This document shows, one piece after another, positions 32,191-43,300 of a DNA stretch of 64,000 nucleotides. How positions within the stretch are numbered: the first letter of the stretch is position 1; each line of letters starts with the position of its first letter. The translations under genes were made by a program, and so were the position numbers. The notes below the pieces were generated by a model. The model did not search any database. It was not told the origin of the DNA and was given only the letters and a program-made list of their open reading frames with translations. This stretch comes from Zygnema circumcarinatum SAG 698-1b. Taxonomy: Eukaryota; Plantae; Zygnematophyceae. Location of the stretch: the NCBI GenBank assembly GCA_037447605.1, contig CM074818.1, forward strand, positions 434,001 to 498,000, read 5' to 3'.

Positions 32191-35100
32191 CAGAGAGACC
32201 GCACGAGAGAGTCTGAAGTTAAAACCAAGAGGCAGGAGAACTCACTCTGGCAGCAATTTTCGAACCGATGTTGTTCGCATCTGAGCAAAATATGCCCCTC
32301 TGTGGACGGACCGGAAATGTGAAAGGTATCGCAAAAAATTCAATTTTTCCGCCACAACAGTGAAGCCAGAAGTCTGCGATCACCGATTCTCCAAACTGTC
32401 AATATTTCAAAGGAGAGCAAAAGCGTGGGAAGGTATAAGTGGGAGAAGGAGAAGGAGAAGGAGAAGGAGAGGACTCTCTAACTGACCAAATGAAGAAATA
32501 CAACTGCTACTGTATCTGTTGCAATGGTTCAGTCCTAGCTCCCTGTTTGATGTCCACTCCCCCTCCCCCTCGCCCCTCTCCCTCTCCCTCTCCCTCTCCC
32601 CCTCCCAACCACCTCCCCCCTGCCCCCTCCCTCCTACCCCCTCCTCCCCACCTTCCAGTCTCTCTCCCACTCCCACTCCCTCCCCTCTCCCCCGACCTCT
32701 GTGTCCCTGTCCCTCGCCAGCTCCCTCTCCCCCTCCCCCTCCATTCCCCCTCCCCTAGCCCCTCCCTCTCCAACTACCCTCTCTCTCCCCTCTCCCACTA
32801 CCCTCTCTCTCCCCTCTCCCACTACCCTCTCTCTCCCCTCTCCCACTACCCTCTCTCTCCCCTCTCCCACTACCCTCTCTCTCCCCTCTCCCACTACCCT
32901 CTCTCTCCCCTCTCCCACTACCCTCTCTCTCCCCTCTCCCACTACCCTCACTCTCCCCTCTCCCACTACCCTCTCTCTCCCCTCTCCCACTACCCTCTCT
33001 CTCCCCTCTCCCTCTATTGCACATTATGACGTGACAGTCACCTGCTGCAGATCGAGGCCCGTGTCTGAAGTCACATTTCCCGTGTTCAGGAGATACTCAA
33101 CGGCCTGCCCGATGCTATTACCAAAAGCTTTTTGAGAGATTTTTTTAAGGGTAGAAGGTTCGAAAACATTGGTGTCAGGCTTTGAAACCATTTCTGCTTC
33201 ACAGAGAGACGCGAAAGACCGAAGACATTTTTGCATCTTTTCCTGCACTCATAAAGCAAAAAAAAAAAAAATCAGCTCATTTCAGGGGCATCTTCTTTCT
33301 CCACTACCCAAGGGGTGGGAGGAGGTGGACTCTGAGTGGGAGAAAGGTTCCTACAATAGTTACGAAGTGAGGGAGAAGCGGAGACAGAGAGGGCTTAAGT
33401 CGAGGAACCTCACTTTCCCAAACATGCTAGAGAAACATCTCTCTTTCCATCACTCCCTCCCTCTCTCACTCTCTCGCTCTGTCTCACTGTCTCCCTCCTC
33501 AGTTCCAGTTTCCTTCCGTTTTCACCCTTGAAAAGAAATTCTCACATCCATAACCTTCTGGCTACCTCAAAGCAAGAAAGATATGCATATACATATGTTA
33601 GGCGTTACGTACTTTGTATATTCATGTATGAAGCATGTAGTTGTACTATGTATTTGTGCAATGTTTGTCATGTATTAAATACTTTGCATTACGTAGTAAC
33701 GCATGTACATATATGTGTATGCTCATGAAACGTTCTAATTGTTCGATTCATCGTGTGACATATCTACACATTATGCCGCCGTGCATGCAGATGCATGCAG
33801 CGCCGGCATGTGACGTGACGTGACCTTGACGACCATGGCGAGCAGGTCCCCGGCGCGCAGCACGTCGTGGTGTTGGAGCGCGTCCGGACTGTCCGCCAAC
33901 GCGGAGCCGTCCGCCAGGGCGAACAGCTTCTGGAGCATGAAGCTGGGGAGGGAGGGAGGGAGGGAGAGGGTGTTACGAAAGGAAACAAAGACGAAGGGGA
34001 GAGGGAGAGGNNNNNNNNNNGGAAAGGGGGGGGGAGGGGGGAGAGGGGAAAGGGGGGGGAAGGGGGAAGGAGGGAGGGGGGAAACGGGGAGGGAGAGGGG
34101 AGAAGGGAGGGGAGAAAGGGGGAGGGAGGGGGAAGAGAGGGAGAGAGAGAGGAGGGAGAGAAGAGTGGGCGAGGGAGGGAGGGATAGAGGGAGAGTGAGG
34201 GAGAAAGAGGGAGAGAAGGAGAGAGAGGGGCGAAAGAGGGAGAGGAAGGAAAAGAGAAAGGGAGGCCGAGAGAGAGGAGAAGAGGAAAAAAAACAAAGTC
34301 GTACTTTTCGCTTCGTCTAAGCTTTCTCTTACACTAAGAAAGGAAAAGTCTCATTGTACAAAAAGCTATTATGCATGAAAGCAAATCAGGAGCTGCTAAG
34401 TGGCAGAGATCAGCAAGGAGACACTGACATGAAAAGGTTGAACTTGTCTTGAGGTCGATCGAGATGCACTAACACACACTCCTGTAGAAATTTAAGTCCT
34501 ACCTGCTCCGCAGGACGAGAGGAAAGAGAGAGAGCGAGAGAGATGGGGGGAGAGAGAGGGGGAGAGAGAGGGGAAGAGAGGGAGAGATCTGGCCTCTTAG
34601 AATTACAAAACTTTAGTGATTTCATGTACACAATTTCATGTTTGACATATTCTTAGAGAAATGCATGAACAAGAACGCTTCACAGAATTCTAAAAGGCTG
34701 AAAAAGGAAAAAATATCATAATATGTAAAGTGAAGAGAAAGAAAACTCACAAATTCGTCTGACCAGCGGCTTGACACTTCCAACACTGCTCGAAAATTTT
34801 CTCCCAAAAACTTCAAACACTGGTTGCGCGTAAAGAGACCTTTTTTTCGTAACTGGCCCAAAATTGCGAGAGCTCTTTCTCTCACATAGTGCGTCCCTAT
34901 GCGGGATTTTCCTGTTCCGTCAGAAATTTCCTTGAAACTATTCTCATCTTCTTGATCAACGATTGAAACGAGCTGTTGATATACTTCGTGGTCCGAACAC
35001 TCCACCAATGCCTGAAAATCACGAAGAAAAAAACGAAAATGAAAACCTTTCTGTCTCACTCTCTACGTCCCTCCCTCACTCCAATTGTTCCATTCTACCT

Positions 35101-38100
35101 CTCTCGTCTACCTAGCCTTCAGTTTTCCATCCCTCCTTCCGCACTCCCTGAAAACCCCCCCTCCCTCTACCCCGCATCTCCCCCTCCTTCCACCCTCCTT
35201 TACCCCACATTCCGCCCTTCCTCTCTCTCCTCCCTTCTTTTCTCTACTTCCATGCTGTGCGTTCCATTACTCGCACTTGCCCTCCACCTTCTTCGTCTCC
35301 TTTTGTGAGCCTCCACTCTTCCACCTTCTCCCTTCACTCCCTCCATCATATTCTCTCCCATATTCACACTCCCTTCTTCCACCTTTCCTCACTGCCTTTC
35401 ACTCTCCTATCCCCTCATTCCTCCCTCCAGCTTCCTTTAATCCTTCCTTTCCTTCTCCTTCCCAATCTCTTTCTCTTTCTCATCCTCCCTCACTCTATCC
35501 CCCAACCCCTCCCTCCCTTCCCTTCCATCACCCTCCCTCTCCTTTAAAGTGATGATGATACAACTACACTCCAAAATCTTAACCCACCAAACAACTCACC
35601 TTGAGAACAATCCCTATTGGTATAAAATATGCATTTTTCCGATACCTGTGCACCACTCCCCGAAAAAGAAGCGGAGAGAGAGATATTAAGAAAGAGAGCG
35701 AGTGAGTGGGGGAGAGAAAGAAAGAAAGAGAGACACAGACAGAAAGAGAGAGAACAATTGAGAGCGAGAAAAAGAGTGAGACAGCGAGAGAGAGAGGGGG
35801 AGAGGGAGAGGGACAGAGCGGAAGAGAGAGGGAGAGAGTGCGAGAGGCCGCGTGAGGGAGAGAGAGGTAGGGAGCTCACGATAAAGTGAGAACTGCAGAC
35901 CCATCTTGTACAAAGATGAGAGCATTGGTTAAAGAAGAAAGATCTTTCCGAAGGCATCTGCTCATATTCAAATCCCCCCAACCCGCTACATCTCAGTTTC
36001 AGCAGCAGCTCTACTCTCCTTCACCCTCCCCCTCCTCCCCTTCCCTCTCGTCAACCCCACTTATACAAAATCATGTCCAATCCTCCTACCCACCCATCTC
36101 TCTCTCTCTCTTTTCTCCTTTCCTCCCCTCCACTCATCCGCCTGGGCTCCCTCCCTACTCTCTCCGACTGCTGTCTTCCCTCCCTTTCCACCACTCCCTC
36201 CCCAATACCTCCATTCCTCCCTCCATCCTACGCCTTCTCCTCTGCCACTTCCCTGTCTCTCCCCCTCCATCACCCTTCCACCCGTTTTCCATCTTTCTAC
36301 CAATCCTGGTCCATCCACTTCTCCCCCATCTCCTGCCCTTCCACCCCTGCCTTCTTCCCCTTCTCCCGCGTCTACCCTCCTTTCTCTCCCGCTCCTCACA
36401 CCCGCTCTGCCTCCTCTCTCCCTCATTTCTTTCCTCCCCATCGATACCAGTTTCTGACTTCCCTCCTACTCGTGCAACCCTCCCTTCTTTCCTCTTCGTC
36501 CACATCCCCTTCTCTCCTCTCCCTTCATCTTCTCTCCTCTCCTTTTTTCTGTCCTCTCCCTCCTCCACCCCTTCATCCGCTCTTAAAAGTGGAATTTACC
36601 GAATTGTTGTTGCCATGTCCGTAAATCCCTTTCCCTTACTTGCATAGGAAGAACGCTTAACTGCCATTACCTGCACACTTCAATACAAAAAACGGTGATT
36701 CCATGCACAGAGAAAGAGAGGAAAAGGTAGGGGAGGGTGAGAGAGAGAGGGAGAAAGAGATACGACAGAGAGAAAGAGTGAAAGGGAGAAAGTTAGGGAG
36801 GGAGAGAAGAGAGAGGGAGAGAGGGAGAAAGCGAGAGAAGGTGAGAGAGAAGGTGGCGAGGGGTACAGGAAGAACGGAAGAACGCTCATCATGGGAACGG
36901 AGAAGTAGGCAGAGAGAGGGAGAGAGAGAATTGCGAATGAGAATATCGACATACGTAATTCCGTTTCGGCAAAATAAGGAGACGCATGATGCGCTCAATT
37001 CCGTTACATACGAAATATCTGGAAGAACCCAGTTGAGAAATAAAAACCATAAGGAAACGCACATTAGAATCAATATCGAAACAAAATATGCTAATCAGTT
37101 TCTCCGAAGAACCTGAGTCAAATTTCAAGCGCGAAGGAGGGTAGGGAGAGAGGGTCAGCTCTGGGTGAGAAAATCATCAGGTGATTGCATATCTTTGGAC
37201 GAGTAGGAGAGGAAGGAAAGAGAGAGAGAGGGGGGGGGGGCGAGAGAGGAAAATCTTCACGAATATCTTCTTCGTCAGAGGTTGTAAGAGTATAGAAAGA
37301 AGCAGAATGCAAAAGAGAGAAGAATCTCACCCTCCCATTTCAAGGGCCTCTTCTCCCTTATCCACGAGCTCCTTCTGATTAAGTCCAGCCAGGTGGCACA
37401 GCTTTGACTGGAAAAGTATTCCCGAAACAAGCCCCACATGAGTTAAAAAAAAGGAAACAAAAACAAGTGAATCATAGTACAGTTCAAAACAAAGGGCAGT
37501 GGAAAGTACCATTAATCATATTAAGGGGCAGAACTTAAGCTCAAACGTGGGTCTGAAACGGAATTGAGTGAGACAAACCCAGATGTTATTGAATGACAGA
37601 GAGAGAGAGAGGGGAAGAGGAAGAGAGAGTGGGAGAGAGTTGAGAGAGAGAGCGAGAGCAAAGAGAGAGAGAGAGAAGAGAGAGAGATAAAGAGGGCGAG
37701 AGAGGATGTTGCTTCTCACACCTTCACCATGATGGGCATTTGGCCCAAATTGAGGTCCACTCTGTGCACCACCCCGGTTCCGGATTCACACATCATGTCC
37801 GCCCGAAAGTCTCCGCGATAACTTGTGGCGCTCTCGCGGCACTGCAATCGCAAGGTTCGAATTCATGCTTTGACATCTCAGTGGAGGAACAACAACATCT
37901 TGGAGGTTGTTATACAACAACAACAACAACAACAACATCGTGCAAGTTATTGTACAACAATAACAACAACTTGCAAGTTGATGTACAACAACAATAACAA
38001 CAACATCTTGCAAGTTGTTGTACAACAACAACAACAACAACATCTTGCAAGTTGTTGTACAACAACAACAACAACAACATCTTGCAAATTGTTGTACAAC

Positions 38101-39254
38101 GACAACAACAACAACAACATCTTGCAAATTGTTGTACAACAACAACAACAACAACAACATCGTGCAAGTTCTTGTACAACAACAACAACAACTTGCAAGT
38201 TGTTGCTATGCACTTTCCTGATCATTATCTTCGTCATTGATCAGTCCAAGTTGAAAACCATAGCAACAACTTGCAGGTTGTTGCTATGGTTTTCAACTTG
38301 GACTTCATGCAATGACGATAGAAGAAGAAAGATCAATGACGAAGATAATGATGAGGAAAGTGCATAACGAAGGTGATCCAGTTCCGCATAGAACAAGTTG
38401 AGACAATAATAAAAAGGTTAGAACTTGCCTCTGTAGGGTAGATTTTTCTGAGCAATGAGCTGTCCCGAGGAGGAGATATGTCGGGTTGCTCCAACCAAAG
38501 TGTGTTCAGTTAAAGGTAACCTCTGCACTCAAAATTTCTTAACTAAAATCCTCAAGCACATGGAACTTGCACCCCTCGTTCAAAGATGGTAATGAAAAAT
38601 CACGCCTATACAAAACTCCCACTCTCACCATCACCTTAAGACCAGCCCTACTCTTACCACTAGCCCTGACCCTAACCCTAACCCTAACCCTAACCCTCAT
38701 CCCTAATTCCACCCTAATTTCACCCCGACCCTAATCTTCAACCCTGAATGTAACCCCTATCCCTATCCCGCTTACTAAGCCTCTAACCCTAACCCTAACC
38801 CTAACCCTAACTCTAACCCTCACCCTAACCCTAACCCTAACCCTGACCCTGTAACCCTAACCCTAACCCTGTAACCCTAACCCTAACCCTAACCCTGTAA
38901 CCCTAACCCTAACCCTAACACTAACCTTAACCCTAACCCCTACCCTAGCCCCTATACCTCTCTCAACCTACACCAGAAATCCTCTCTCCCTATCCTTCCC
39001 TTATTCCTGAACCCTAAACCCTGAACCCTGACCCTCCTGCACATGCGAGCACGCGAGTGGATATCCCTCAGCCGGCGGCCCTTCGCATCCTCGATCTCCG
39101 CGGGGTCGATCCCCGCTACAGCTTCCGCCAGGCCGTGGCTCACAAAGGCGTCGAACGACGCGATGTGCGGCGCTACAAGCGCCTGTAGCTTCGCCGGCAC
39201 CTCCGCCGCTGGCCCCCTCGCCATCGCCGCCACCTCCTTCACGCGAGGCGCCAT
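25638..39254 (-). CDS. NRPA2: DNA-directed RNA polymerase I second-largest subunit (RPA2/RPA135/POLR1B), 24 exons, 1228 aa
   Basis: Exons (minus strand) 39254-39065, 38499-38429, 37841-37722, 37407-37331, 37018-36955, 36670-36600, 35957-35880, 35645-35600, 35011-34751, 34502-34429, 33942-33825, 33242-33042, 32373-32246, 31813-31492, 31325-31158, 30740-30561, 30097-30023, 29844-29741, 29251-29176, 28821-28702, 28397-28254, 27558-27346, 27091-26717, 26048-25638 (3687 nt, open frame). Motifs [105 protein letters not shown], and a C-terminal CxxC...CxxC. The [12 protein letters not shown] context is Pol I-type. Confidence 0.96.
27653..27662. other. Assembly gap (10 N) in a (GGGA)n tract; similar gaps at 34011-34020 and 54473-54482
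   Basis: N runs are visible, and each sits inside a purine/pyrimidine homotract. Confidence 0.99.
32762..33012 (+). repeat. 24-bp tandem repeat (ccctctcccactaccctctctctc) x~10
   Basis: Near-perfect copies in NRPA2 intron 32374-33041. Confidence 0.95.
37880..38235. repeat. Compound (CAA)n array of tandem palindromic units
   Basis: Unit catcttgcaagttgttgtacaacaacaac... contains the palindromes gttgttgtacaacaac and aacttgcaagtt. It lies in NRPA2 intron 2. Confidence 0.9.
38243..38304. repeat. Perfect 28-bp stem hairpin with a 6-nt loop
   Basis: agtccaagttgaaaaccatagcaacaac-ttgcag-gttgttgctatggttttcaacttggact. Confidence 0.95.
38500..39064 (-). other. U12-type (minor spliceosome) AT-AC intron, NRPA2 intron 1
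   Basis: On the minus strand the intron starts ATATCCAC, has branch site TACCTTTAAC about 10 nt from the end, and ends AC. The join gives RRLR-V-WLEQP in frame. The nearest AG acceptor would create an in-frame TAA. Confidence 0.85.
38645..38952 (+). repeat. Telomere-like (CCCTAA)n array inside the AT-AC intron
   Basis: Long runs of accctaaccctaaccctaa with ccctgtaa variants. Confidence 0.92.
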
Positions 39255-40314
39255 GGCGGCAAAACCCTAAACCCTAAACCCCGATGATGACGCCAGCCCT
39301 CACCTTTTGGCTGCGCGGCGCTAGTTGGCTCTAAACCCGCGCGGGGGCTTGGGGAGTTTCGTGGAGCCGTTGGGCGTCGCGTTGCCCGGTTTGATGAAGG
39401 CGAGTTTTGCCGACGTGGCGCCGACGTGGCTGCCACGACGGCATTTAAGACCAATAGCACACTGCCACCTGGCAGTTGATCCGTTTCGTTGTCACGCTGG
39501 CGGGCAGCCTTGGACGCGCGGTGACCGCCGGTCGCGGTCGCGGTCCACGGCAAATTGGCGGCCGCTTGAAAGCGTCTACGTGGCGACCGCTCTCGAGGAA
39601 GTTTGGCGAGGCTGCAGAGCCGTACGGACACAAGGGCCTTGCAGAAACCATGATTGCCATCGTCACGTGACGTCGCCAAGGTGACAGTTCAAGACTGTAC
39701 GAAAGTCCATCCGTATGGGAAAAAAGGTACATTATCTGTTGGTCGGGTGGTGGGTTGGTCGGTGTTTTTTGTCTGGTTGTGACGTCCACCTAACGAAAAT
39801 GACGTCAGTATCCGACAATTCTAGGGCTGCAGGTTATTAACTTGAGCCAATGACAATTCGCCACGTCTTAAACTTGCCGACGTGGCATGCTGACCTGGCC
39901 CTCACGATCATCTACAGACATGTCGTTTTTGGTGTTTGTTTTATCCGAGCTGCTCGCTGCCCTCTCATTGGTCATTGGTTACATAGGATGACGTCATATA
40001 CCTTCTGTCTTGACGCTGGGCGGTCTTTCGGTCGTTTCCCTGTCCTCAGTCCTTCAGGCTAAAAACAAGATTTTTGGATTTTTTTTTGGATTTATTTGCG
40101 CCAATCAGATTGCAGCGCAGAGACCCGCCCTCAGTCGCAGCGCGGGCGGGCCCATCATCAGGGTTTAAGGGATTAGGGTTTAGGGTTTTCAGGGAAATTA
40201 GGGTTTCTGGGGTTTTAGGGTTTGAAGACTTTTAGGGTTTCTAGGGTTTTAGGGTTTGGAAGATTTTTAGGGTTCTTAGGGTTTTAGAGTTCTCTTACTT
40301 TGCATGGGCAATCC
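39255..40314. promoter_or_regulatory. Divergent promoter region between NRPA2 and the LRR-RLK
   Basis: Telo-boxes AAACCCTAA at ~39263-39280 and TTAGGGTTT at ~40175-40190, site II GGCCCA near 40149, several ACGTGG cores, perfect CCAAT-N9-CCACG at 39847-39865, near match at 39451-39469, TGACGTCA near 39800 and 39989. Confidence 0.6.
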
Positions 40315-43300
40315 ATGGCGGGCCTACACCTCCTCCTCCACCTCCTTCCCCTTCTCCTTCCGTACGCCCCTCTCGGTGCACATGCCACGTGTAGCCAGAC
40401 CATTCGCCGGGTCGATTTCGACGCGCTGCTAAAACTAAAAGCGGAGGTCGCCGATCCCTCCAACTACCTGACCCAGTGGGCGGCCGGCAACCGGTCGGAG
40501 GCGTGCTGCTGGACCGGCGTCACCTGCGAGAGGTCGCGAGTTCGAGCCCTGTCAATGAATGGATACACCCTCCAGGGCGCCCTCCCTTCGGCCATTGGGA
40601 GCCTCTCCTCCTTAGGTTCTCTCAGCCTTTCCAGCAACTTTTTGGAGGGGCCCGTGCCCTCATCTTGGGGCCTGCTTACTGAGCTTCAGTATTTGGATCT
40701 TTCTTTCAACTTTTTGAACGGCTCGCTGGAGGAATTTATGGGAGAAGGGGTTGTGGGAAATCTGAAGAATTTGACGGCGCTGAATTTGAGGTCAAATGGC
40801 CTTGAGGGGACTGTGCCTGCCGCTTGGGGGCAATTGAAAAAGTTACAGATGTTGGACCTCGCTCAAAACAACCTGACGGGCAGTTTGGAAGATTTTATGA
40901 GCTCCGAAATCGTGTTGAATTGGGAAAAATTGACGTCTTTGGATCTATCCCTAAACCAGCTTGAAGGTCCAATCCCTAAGTTCTGGGCCAAATTGAACCG
41001 CTTAAACTTTTTGGACCTCTCTTACAATCTTCTTAACGGCTCCCTCGAAGTGGTGTCTGCTTTCCCCTCCCTCCTACTGTTGAACATGAATGCGAATATG
41101 TTCACTGGCGACCTCCATAACTTGCCTCTTCAGAACATGTCAAACCTAGTGGTCCTTAACCTTGCTAATAACTTCTTATCTGGAACATTCCCAATCTGGA
41201 TAGGGAATCTGAAGCAGCTCAAAGGGATCGACCTCAGTAACAACCCTACCTTGCCCTCCTCCCTTCCCTTAAAAAATGCAAGCTGGTCTGTTAACCTTGA
41301 ATATGTTAAGTTATCCTCCTTGAATCTGCAAGGCACCACCCCTCCTGCACTGTGTTCAGGCAAGGTTACAAATCTTGATCTCAGCTCTAACAACCTCCAT
41401 GGCAGCATCCCCGAGTTCACAGGAGGGAAAACTAGTCTTGAAGTCAACCTCAGCAGGAACAATTTCACAGGTGGTCTGCTGCAAATAGTCAGAAACGAAA
41501 ATGTTTTTTCTTCATTGGATCTTTCTTACAATCGACTAAGTGGCGACATCCTTTCGTTCAGTAAGATGCTCTGCATGGGCTCACAAGGCAGTACCTCAGT
41601 TCCCTTTTTCTTGAACCTCACCAATAACGAATTCAAGGGACCCCTCCCCAGCGCCCTTGGAAGCTGCTCAAGTCTTCAAGGCCTTTTTCTCGCCAACAAT
41701 AAATTTGAAGGCAGCGTTCCGCAAAGCCTCCTTCTTTCCATTTATACATTGTAAGCTCCGCCCACATTTCCCAAAATGAGTCGATTTTTTGAGAGGCAAA
41801 AAAATGGTTTGATGATTTGAGGGGCATGAGGACACTGAGAACTCTGAAAACTCGGACTCACAAACCCTAAAAACCCTAAAAACCCTGAAAACCCTGAAAA
41901 CCCTAAAAACCCTAAAAACCCTAAAAACCACAGAATACAGACGGGCATTGGTCGAATTTTTTGAGCTTGAAGCGTGATGCTGCATACAAGTGTTTTCTTA
42001 CTTTTTTTTTCTTGCCTTTCTCTTGTGCTGGGATTGCAGGAATTTGCGCAATAACGCGATTACCAGCTTGACTCGGCTCCCAAATGAAGTAAGCATCAAA
42101 ATATTGTGAGCAAATTCTTCATCACATGAACCAAGGCTGAGCCAAAGGGTGCGTTCTCACGGTCCAAATTTTTTCATGAAGTTGAATGTAAAAGTTGGAA
42201 ACTGAGGCGGAAAAAATTGAAGGGAAGTTGAATGGAAAAATCTCTTTTCGTTCCCAAATGAACGAAATGAAGTTTTTCCATTCAACTTTCGTTCAACATC
42301 TGAATATCAACCGTCCACACGTGCCAGCCGGCTCAGCTACCGCAAATGAGAAAGCGCCACGTGGCGTCCATGTGGAAGAACCACGAATGTCGTGTTGGAG
42401 GCTGGTTGCAAAATGCGCGCTGTGCCACGTGTTTTTATTTAGTTGTTAATTTGAAAATTTTTGCTTTACCCAATTTTTCTATTTGGGTACAACGGCGGGA
42501 CCTGAATTATTCAATGTCCCCCATCACCAACTAGTTCAACTTTCCGCACGTGCGAAATTGCATTAGCAATGTTGAACACATGCCACGGCGGTTGTGGTCG
42601 CAGTCCGTACTGACCGTACTCCATACGGATCCGTACGACTGTACCGTACAACTGTACGGATTTTTCGTACGGCCGAATCGTACGGATATCTCCAGGATGC
42701 CGGCGGCACCGTGGTGGTTGTAGCTTTCGCTACAAACTAAATGGACCACGGAAGACAAAAAAACCCTAAAAACCCCTAAGTGACTGCAATGGAGGAAGTT
42801 AGGAAGGAAACATTGCCTTTCTTTGTACCCTGCACAAGTCTTACAGTGGTAACAGAATGATGAGCTTCACAAATGCTAGGTTCCTTGTAGTTTGGGTGAC
42901 AACCTCATGGAAAAATTGCAATGGGTATTGCAGAGACTTGTGGAGAAATCAGCTGATTGATACACTGGCTTCAGGGTTTAAACTGATCTACAAACCAATC
43001 AGTCAGTCGTTTAGTCAGTCAGTCTTAGCTTCTATGGGTGATTGAAACTCACAGAAAGAACACTCACACACTGGAGGTCCATTCAACTCGTGTTGAATGA
43101 ACCTCCAGCCTCCGAGTAGTCGATATTGTTGTTGAGTTTCATTCTCCTTGCGGGAGTTGAAGTGTTGTTGATTGGCAACTCACCTGTGGCTTACCATTGA
43201 AACCCTAAACCCTAAACCCAAGTGTGTGCTGCCTTGCAGGGATGTTGGGGGGAACGAGCTGAGCACTGTGCCTCCCGCGGTCGAGGAAATGTCTAGTCTT

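Noticed and set aside
37500-37570. Apparent NRPA2 exon with AG/GT borders ([12 protein letters not shown])
   Set aside because: The phase-compatible reading contains a stop. The exon at 37722-37841 supplies the expected GQMPIMVK.
37786-38367. PolyQ/N/T/C/V ORFs on both strands
   Set aside because: They are products of the intronic CAA palindrome array inside NRPA2 intron 2.
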